From contig JAYUGC010000181.1 of assembly GCA_043767805.1 (NCBI GenBank), forward strand, positions 1 to 21,097: 21,097 nt of DNA, read 5' to 3'. Origin of the DNA: Pseudomonadota bacterium (GTDB taxonomy: Bacteria > Bdellovibrionota > FAC87 > UBA2466). The notes beneath the pieces are model-generated. The model made no database searches and was not told the DNA's origin. It was given only the letters and a program-made list of their open reading frames with translations. A program made the position numbers and the translations under genes. Shown here in pieces: positions 15,344-21,097 of the stretch (position 1 is the first letter of the stretch; each line of letters begins with the position of its first letter).

Positions 15344-16663
15344 GTGCCCTCTCCTAACTCCTTTTTTCGACGAAAGAACTGGCCCATCCTCTTAGCGATT
15401 GCCCCGGCCATCGTTTTGCTGGGGCTCGTCGTGTCGTATTGGGTGGATGTCCCGCACCGCGATCAGTGGCGTATCGCGCGGTTCCTGATCCAGGCTTACG
15501 AAAACGGGCTTTCTCTCTCCGAGCTTTTCTCTCAGCACAACGACAGCCGAACATTTTTCCCGCGGCTACTTTTCTACGCCCTTTCCAAGCTTGGCCATTG
15601 GGACGTGCGGCGAGAGATGCTGATTACTTTTTTTCTGGCCTGCGGGTGTTCCGTGCTTCTTAACTCCCTGGCCAGAAGAACGCTTCCCGTGTCGACCAAC
15701 GCACGATGGGCCATCGTAATCGGATTCAATCTTTTCCTGTTTAGTCCGGCTCAACATCAAAATTGGCTCTGGGGGATTCAGCTCATCTGCCTGATTCCCG
15801 TTTTCTTTTTGCTTCTGGGTTTCTGGATTCAAAGTGGCACGCGATCGGCTTCTTCCAAAGTCTGGCTGAGCGCTTTGTGTTGCGTGGTAGCCACCTTCTC
15901 TTACGCGAACGGCTTGGCCCTCTGGCCGCTCCTCGGCCTTTCCCTTTGGCTCGAGGAGAAAGATTCCGCGTCCAGAAAGAAAAGTCTCCTCGCTTACTCA
16001 GCTCTCGCCGTGACGACTCTCTATTTCTTTTTCCATCACTACTACCGCCAACGCTCCCCGCTCCCCTACGAGACGAGCGACATCGCGATATTTTTTCTGA
16101 GCTGGTGCGGCGCCTCGCTTTATCCCAAAAGCGTTTCCATGAGCTTGAGCCTAGGGTCAGTTCTCTTCGCGACGTGGGCGTGGTTCGCGGCATCGGCCCT
16201 GCGAAAAGACAAGACCCAGAGGAAACTCGCGCTTCCGTGGCTCTTGCTCGGCCTCTACGCCGTAACCGCGGGCCTGGCGTGCGCGTGGGGAAGAAGCCAT
16301 GAAGGGCTCACCACGGCTCTCAAGTCGAAGTACATCACGTTCTCGATTTACCTGCCTCTCTCGCTTGCCGCCCTATTGGTACTCGAGTCCGCAAAAGACA
16401 AAAGCCGGCGATTCAAAGATCCTTCTTGGCCGCCGGCCGTCGCCTTCCTCGCTCTCGCCCTATTCGTTTACGGGATCAACTTCCCCAGGTCCGTTCGCGA
16501 GATGGCCGTCACCCGAGCCGAGCGTTTGAATGGTAGGCAAGCCATCCGAGAAATCTGGGAACACCACCCTTCGCCGCGACCAGCCCAACTGGGCCGGAGT
16601 GACGCCGAAATAAGAGAGCTCACCTTTCCCCTGGTCCGCTTGGGCCTTCTCAAAGCCGACTGA
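15344..16663 (+). CDS. Polytopic membrane protein, possibly GT-C-fold glycosyltransferase-like
   Basis: Many hydrophobic helices, with first loop 'DVPHRDQW...QHNDSRTFFPRL' after TM1 carrying acidic residues. Function inferred only from topology. Confidence 0.6.
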   Translation: MPSPNSFFRRKNWPILLAIAPAIVLLGLVVSYWVDVPHRDQWRIARFLIQAYENGLSLSELFSQHNDSRTFFPRLLFYALSKLGHWDVRREMLITFFLACGCSVLLNSLARRTLPVSTNARWAIVIGFNLFLFSPAQHQNWLWGIQLICLIPVFFLLLGFWIQSGTRSASSKVWLSALCCVVATFSYANGLALWPLLGLSLWLEEKDSASRKKSLLAYSALAVTTLYFFFHHYYRQRSPLPYETSDIAIFFLSWCGASLYPKSVSMSLSLGSVLFATWAWFAASALRKDKTQRKLALPWLLLGLYAVTAGLACAWGRSHEGLTTALKSKYITFSIYLPLSLAALLVLESAKDKSRRFKDPSWPPAVAFLALALFVYGINFPRSVREMAVTRAERLNGRQAIREIWEHHPSPRPAQLGRSDAEIRELTFPLVRLGLLKAD

Positions 16664-16784
16664 GCGAATCGTCGGCGGCAAATATTTGAATTAACTCGAA
16701 TTAAACTCTCGGGGAAAAGCCTCTCGTTTCCTCCGCGATAACTCGGCGTGACACTCGCGCGGTATTGGTAGAATGGTAGGACTC

Positions 16785-18236
16785 ATGCCCTTCGCCATCT
16801 CCCCCCGCCTTGCTCCGTTCTTTTGCCTATGGCTTTGCCTGACCGCCACGGCCGCGGAGCCGAAGTACACCCTCCAAGGTGAGCTCAACGCCTCCGCCCT
16901 CTCGGGTCTCGTGGAAGCCTGGGACATGGACGAGTTTCAAAAGACCGCGGGGCTGCCGGCGAATCTCCGTTTTGCTTCCGTTCAGGATTATCTGACCGAC
17001 GAAAGCCGCCTGCGCGAATTGCCCGACTCCCTTCTGAAAGAGCTGGGGACGGTCCCGCTTCCGGCGGAGATCAGCCGAGGCCAGTGGCACGCCCTCGTGA
17101 ACCGCTGGAAGGCTTTACCGCTCGCGCAAAAACTGCCCGCCCTGAAACTTTCCCATTTCGATCCGATCGATCAAGCCCGCGCCATCGTCTGGAGCGTGAG
17201 TCACGGCGCCCCGATTCCGCCGGTGAGAAAAGCGGCACCGAAAGAGCTGCGCGATTTGCTCTCTCAATTCGAGCTTAGCTCCGGTGACCGCGTCTTGAGT
17301 TTCCGCCTGACTAAGGAGACCGAGGATCTCGACAAGGCGCAAAATACGGCCGAAGCTTTGCTCCAAGCCACCCGGGATGAAGCGGACCTCCACTGGACGA
17401 TCCGCGCCCCCGATCGCGACCTTACCTTTCTCCAGAATCGCTTCCGTTTCATGGTCCGCGTGCAGACCGCGGACGACTCTGTCCAAATCGTCAATAAAGA
17501 GAGCATCTCTCTTTTCTGGGCCGACACGGAAGTCTTCGATGCCTGGATGGAGCTGGTGAAAGCGCCCGAAGCCGGGGCGATTCAAAGTCTCTCGGACGCG
17601 CTCAAAAAAGCGCTGGAGCCTTCGTCCGTCGAGGAATGGACCGCTTATGTGGACGATAAGCAGACCTCTCTCGCCACTCTCATGGAAACCATGGAAAGTT
17701 TCGCGCCGTGGCCGGCGCGCGTTCCGGAAAGCCGCGACCTGGTTACGGCCATCGCCAAACGAGTCCAGTACCGGCTGCGCCCGTTCCGCGTGCTTCAGAT
17801 GGGACCCGACACCGACGTCCTGACGATGCTCAAAGCCATTCAGCTGAGCGCGAGCCTCCTGCCTCCCGAGGATCGCAAAATCACTCTCGCGCACGGCGCC
17901 TTTCCGCTCGCCGTCGAGTATCAGATGCATCCCTCGCCGGAAGTTTTGGCCGAAGCCCTCGCGCTGCTCTCGACGGAAAATCCGCAGGCCAGAAAGGCTT
18001 CCCTCACGCGCCTTCGTTCCTCGGATGCCGAAGTCGTCTTGCCCCTCGTGGCCGAGCTCTCTCACACCATTTGGCCCGACCCTGAGCTCTCTATGGCACT
18101 CGATGAAGCGCGCACCAAATGGAATTGGGCGCCTCCTGAGCGAATGGCGGCGTCCTTGCCTCCCCCGATAAGCCTTCCTTACTCGCCTGGTTTGTGCGAG
18201 ATCGAGCTCAACTCCGTGCTTCCCGATCTCGACTGA
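16785..18236 (+). CDS. Secreted hypothetical protein, mostly helical, possibly HEAT-like near the C-terminus
   Basis: Long ORF with host-like codon usage and signal peptide 'FFCLWLCLTATAA'. Start is 16785 or 16773. Confidence 0.68.
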   Translation: MPFAISPRLAPFFCLWLCLTATAAEPKYTLQGELNASALSGLVEAWDMDEFQKTAGLPANLRFASVQDYLTDESRLRELPDSLLKELGTVPLPAEISRGQWHALVNRWKALPLAQKLPALKLSHFDPIDQARAIVWSVSHGAPIPPVRKAAPKELRDLLSQFELSSGDRVLSFRLTKETEDLDKAQNTAEALLQATRDEADLHWTIRAPDRDLTFLQNRFRFMVRVQTADDSVQIVNKESISLFWADTEVFDAWMELVKAPEAGAIQSLSDALKKALEPSSVEEWTAYVDDKQTSLATLMETMESFAPWPARVPESRDLVTAIAKRVQYRLRPFRVLQMGPDTDVLTMLKAIQLSASLLPPEDRKITLAHGAFPLAVEYQMHPSPEVLAEALALLSTENPQARKASLTRLRSSDAEVVLPLVAELSHTIWPDPELSMALDEARTKWNWAPPERMAASLPPPISLPYSPGLCEIELNSVLPDLD

Positions 18237-18254
18237 ACCTGGCACAACGAACGA

Positions 18255-19205
18255 GTGCGCTCGCTGACCAAATGTCTCCCGCCGTTCTGGGCCCGCCACG
18301 GCCACACCCAAACCATCGTTAGCCATTTGCTTCCCTCGCCGCCCTTAGCCGCTGATGGGGAGCGCGTGGAGTTGCGTTTAACCGACGGGGATCGTCTTGT
18401 AGGCTTTCTTTTTCCTGGCACGAAGCCCGTGGTCGTAGCGGCTTTTCATGGCTTGTCCGGATCCAATGACTCGCGCTACATGCGCCGGACCGCGGCCGCT
18501 TGCCGAAAGCTCGGCTACTCGTGCCTCTTGATGAACCATCGTGGCTGTGGCGCTGGAAAAAATCTCGCGCGGGGCCCCTATCATTCCGGGCGCGCCGAGG
18601 ATTTGAGCGAAGTGTTCCGGTATCTGATTGAGAGGTTTCCCAGTTACAAAAAACTCGGCGTGGGCTTTTCCCTGGGCGGCAATGCCCTGCTGCTTCTCCT
18701 ATCCGGCTCTCGCGGAAAACACCTTCCCGACGCGGCCTTGTCGGTCAACGCCCCCATCCGCCTCGATCGCGCGGCCGAAGATCTGCGCCGGGGCATGAAC
18801 CGAATTTACGATTCCCATTTCGTGAAGCTCTGTAAGCTGAGCGTCGAAGAACGGCGGCAAGCGGGCCTTATCGGCAACGAGTTCCAGTTCCCGCGGCGCT
18901 TGAGTCTAATGGAGTTCGACGATTACTACACGGCCCCCGCCGGCGGCTTTCGCGATCGCCATGACTACTATGCGACCTGCTCCACGGCGAATCGGCTGGA
19001 GACCATCCCGGTTCCCACGGTGCTGCTCACCGCGGAAGACGATCCTTTTGTCGATTACCGCGATTACGCAAACGCGAAACTCTCTCCCACGGTCAAACTG
19101 CACATCGAGAAGTTCGGCGGCCACATCGGCTACCTCTCCCGAGGCCAAAACCTCCATTGGCTGGATCAAGCCCTGGAACATTATCTTTTGGAACTGTCCG
19201 GCTGA
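18255..19205 (+). CDS. YheT-like alpha/beta-fold hydrolase
   Basis: GHTQTI, HGLSGS, NHRGCG, YHSGRAEDL, nucleophile elbow GFSLGGN, acid residue in AEDDPF and His in GGHIGY. Confidence 0.92.
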   Translation: MRSLTKCLPPFWARHGHTQTIVSHLLPSPPLAADGERVELRLTDGDRLVGFLFPGTKPVVVAAFHGLSGSNDSRYMRRTAAACRKLGYSCLLMNHRGCGAGKNLARGPYHSGRAEDLSEVFRYLIERFPSYKKLGVGFSLGGNALLLLLSGSRGKHLPDAALSVNAPIRLDRAAEDLRRGMNRIYDSHFVKLCKLSVEERRQAGLIGNEFQFPRRLSLMEFDDYYTAPAGGFRDRHDYYATCSTANRLETIPVPTVLLTAEDDPFVDYRDYANAKLSPTVKLHIEKFGGHIGYLSRGQNLHWLDQALEHYLLELSG

Positions 19206-19226
19206 CGTCCGCGCTATACTAAGACC

Positions 19227-20135
19227 ATGGCACTTCGACTCGCCGTGGCCGCCCTACTGATCGCGGAGCTCGCCGGGGCGGCCTCGGTTCCTGGCCGTAC
19301 CCAAATCGTAGTGGGGCTTCGCCAATCGCTCCTTCCCGAGAAAGATAACTCGGCCCGCCTCAGTCAGGCTGGGCGCAAGGAAGCCGCGCGCCGCCGAGTC
19401 GACCAGAACGAGGCCCTGGAGAAACGGGCGGAAGAGATCTTTCAGAAGTCCGACGTGCTCAAGCAGATGGCGCTCTTCATCCTGCCTTTCCTGCACGGAG
19501 AGCCCGAAGCCCGCTCCTTGCTCCTTCAGGTACGCGGTAAGGATCAGGGCACGCCGCGAGCCGATCTAGCGGTACTTCCCCGCGCCGAGTGGGACGCGCT
19601 TCAAAAAGACTTCGCGGATCTGGACGCCTTTCTCTACGATAAGAAAGACGGACACGGTGGCGACCTCGCGGTGGTGTATGAGCCTAAGCGTCTCAAAGAG
19701 AGAATCGCGGTCCTGGACCGCGTCGACCGGCTGACCGAAATGTATGTGGATGATTTACTGGTGAAGAAGCTGGGACTGCATCCCAGCGAAAGCGGCGAAG
19801 TCGCTAATCGCCTAAAAGCGGAGGTTCGGAGCGCGCTCTCGCCCAAAGGCGGCGCCTTGAAGTCGGGCAAGAATATCGAACGGGAATTCGTGAGAGGCCT
19901 GTCGGATCAATTCGTGAAGGATTATTTGGGGCCGGAATTGGATACGCGTTGGAAAGGGCACGACCCCTCTCAGGCCGTAACGTCCGCGCATCAACCCGGC
20001 GACAGGGAAACCGCTTCGTCTTCTGGAGTCGGAGGGGGCCATCAAAGCCCGGTTCCGCCTGCTGACGCCAGCGCTAACAATCCCGCAAAGCCCGCCGAAC
20101 CGAAGTCCGCGCCGGCGCTTCGCAGAACCAATTAA
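19227..20135 (+). CDS. Secreted hypothetical protein with disordered Pro/Ala/Ser-rich C-terminus
   Basis: 302-aa ORF with N-terminal signal-like segment and TATACT 6 nt upstream of the ATG. Confidence 0.68.
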   Translation: MALRLAVAALLIAELAGAASVPGRTQIVVGLRQSLLPEKDNSARLSQAGRKEAARRRVDQNEALEKRAEEIFQKSDVLKQMALFILPFLHGEPEARSLLLQVRGKDQGTPRADLAVLPRAEWDALQKDFADLDAFLYDKKDGHGGDLAVVYEPKRLKERIAVLDRVDRLTEMYVDDLLVKKLGLHPSESGEVANRLKAEVRSALSPKGGALKSGKNIEREFVRGLSDQFVKDYLGPELDTRWKGHDPSQAVTSAHQPGDRETASSSGVGGGHQSPVPPADASANNPAKPAEPKSAPALRRTN

Positions 20136-20551
20136 CGAGGCGCCGTCGGCGCTCCGCCATTTTGCTGCGAGGTGCGCGAGACGCTAATCGTTTTCACATC
20201 CATGAGGTCTCCGCGGCGAGCGATGAGCGTCAGCGTGCAAGGTAAAGCGACCGTGCAGTTTTGGCTGAAGCCGCCACCGAAGCCGTTTTGCATGCGGCTT
20301 TGGCAGAGGGCCGGCTGCATGTTGCCCGGCGTACAAGAAAGGTCTTGGCCGAACTGCTCGACTCCGCGCACTTCAATCGTGGTGTCCTGATACGCATTCG
20401 TATCGGCCAGCGCGACCTGAAAGTATGGGGTTTGGTCCAAGGCGATCTTGGAGCCGTCCGCCGGAGACCCGATGAGGGGCACCAATTTACCGCATCCCGC
20501 CAAGAGAAGGCTCGTCGTCAAGAACATAGAGAACAAAATTTTCCGCACCAC
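20132..20551 (-). CDS. Small Cys-containing lipoprotein (hypothetical)
   Basis: AGGAG Shine-Dalgarno, GTG start, lipobox LAGC and four further Cys. Its stop overlaps the convergent gene's stop (TTAA). Confidence 0.78.
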   Translation of the reverse strand: MVRKILFSMFLTTSLLLAGCGKLVPLIGSPADGSKIALDQTPYFQVALADTNAYQDTTIEVRGVEQFGQDLSCTPGNMQPALCQSRMQNGFGGGFSQNCTVALPCTLTLIARRGDLMDVKTISVSRTSQQNGGAPTAPR

Positions 20552-20783
20552 GGTATTCCACTCCTACAATGCCCGCGCAAAACCACGAGCCGACTAGATG
20601 CATGAGCAATCTCCGGGCCACATACTGAATGCACCGGCTCTCGCACGCGATTCCCTCGTGTGGACAATCTACGACTGACACGCGTACTAACGTTAGACAG
20701 TCGACGAACCTTCCGGCGCAGGTGACAATTCGCGGCCGCGACGCGGGTGATGGCAGGCCATGCCCTTGATGACCGATCTAGAG

Positions 20784-20854
20784 CGTTCCCCGGGGCTCAT
20801 CATTGATCACTTATCGCAGCGCGATAAGTGATCAATGATGAGCCCTGGGGAACG
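20784..20854. repeat. 34-bp-arm inverted repeat with 3-nt loop
   Basis: CGTTCCCCGGGGCTCATCATTGATCACTTATCGC-AGC-GCGATAAGTGATCAATGATGAGCCCTGGGGAACG, 33/34 complementary. Confidence 0.95.
20796..20842. mobile_element. Putative 47-bp MITE-like mini-element made of two IS4/IS50-type 19-bp ends
   Basis: CTCATCATTGATCACTTAT + 9 bp + ATAAGTGATCAATGATGAG. The ends resemble the IS4 end at 3629-3647. Flanked by near-direct repeats CCCCGGGG / CCCTGGGG. Confidence 0.6.
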
Positions 20855-21032
20855 TGGGGGTGGGTAGGTTACTGGCGCCCTTGCCTTCCGACGCTGGTGG
20901 AGTGATCGGTGTCCAGCAGGGACAGCGGGATCCCAAGGAGGAGTCCGCGCCAAACGGCCCCCACTGCCTTTTGTCCCGGCCCGATCTGGCGCCTAACTTA
21001 TTAGAGGGCGCAGCCGCCGCTCCCACTAGAAG
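20854..21032. ncRNA. Putative structured non-coding element, resembling an IS110-family non-coding end (bridge-RNA-like)
   Basis: Nested pairings: 20854-20863/21017-21026, 20867-20870/21012-21015, 20875-20881/21005-21011, 20904-20909/20981-20986 and 20919-20925/20971-20977, with internal loops between them. No credible ORF. The family assignment comes from recalled resemblance, not a search. Confidence 0.4.
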
Positions 21033-21097
21033 ACATATTTAAAATGGGTTTTCGGATCCGAATCCCCCAAACCAAATTTACTCTTATGACGGGAGCG

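Noticed and set aside
8919..18326. Long antisense ORFs (8919-9815, 12095-13066, 13854-14975, 17115-18326)
   Set aside because: They mirror well-supported genes on the opposite strand, as expected with high GC3, and carry no motifs.
20781..20856. GTTCCCC...GGGGAAC resembling a type I-E CRISPR repeat
   Set aside because: It is a single inverted arrangement with no direct repeat-spacer periodicity and no cas genes. The IS-end palindrome explains it better.
20854..21026. 6S RNA interpretation of the long stem with central bubble
   Set aside because: Size and rod shape fit loosely, but I could not see typical 6S conserved sequence elements or its usual gene context. Not fully excluded without cmscan.
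20832..21042. Short ORFs (62-64 aa) on both strands over the structured region
   Set aside because: No Shine-Dalgarno, no motifs and they overlap the inverted repeat. The region is better explained as non-coding.
21051..21062. 12-bp palindrome TTCGGATCCGAA near the window end
   Set aside because: Context is cut off by the window edge, so it cannot be assigned as an operator, terminator or insertion target.

Overview
Bacterial chromosomal window. The many secreted and lipoprotein genes and the protein families suggest a Bdellovibrionota/Deltaproteobacteria-like organism, which is inference only. Bases 1 to ~3900 form a visibly more AT-rich accessory segment. It holds a 5'-truncated family-5 solute-binding-like protein overlapping an unusually compact YcaO-family gene, an AbrB/MazE-Doc toxin-antitoxin pair with a perfect 22-bp palindrome over its promoter, and a frameshifted IS4 (IS50-like) transposase remnant with one terminal repeat. 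Bases ~3900-20550 are GC-rich genes: an S1 protease with tandem Cys-bracketed beta modules, a FadL/OmpP1-type channel, a proline-rich secreted protein, an Ig-like lipoprotein, a CHAD protein, DoxX, an S46 dipeptidyl peptidase, an SBBP propeller lipoprotein, membrane proteins, a YheT-like hydrolase and hypotheticals. The final non-coding ~550 bp contains the most unusual structures. One is a 34-bp-arm inverted repeat whose core looks like a 47-bp mini-element built from two IS4-type ends related to the remnant at ~3640. Immediately next to it is a ~175-nt nested stem-loop region resembling an IS110-family non-coding end (bridge-RNA-like) with no recombinase gene visible.
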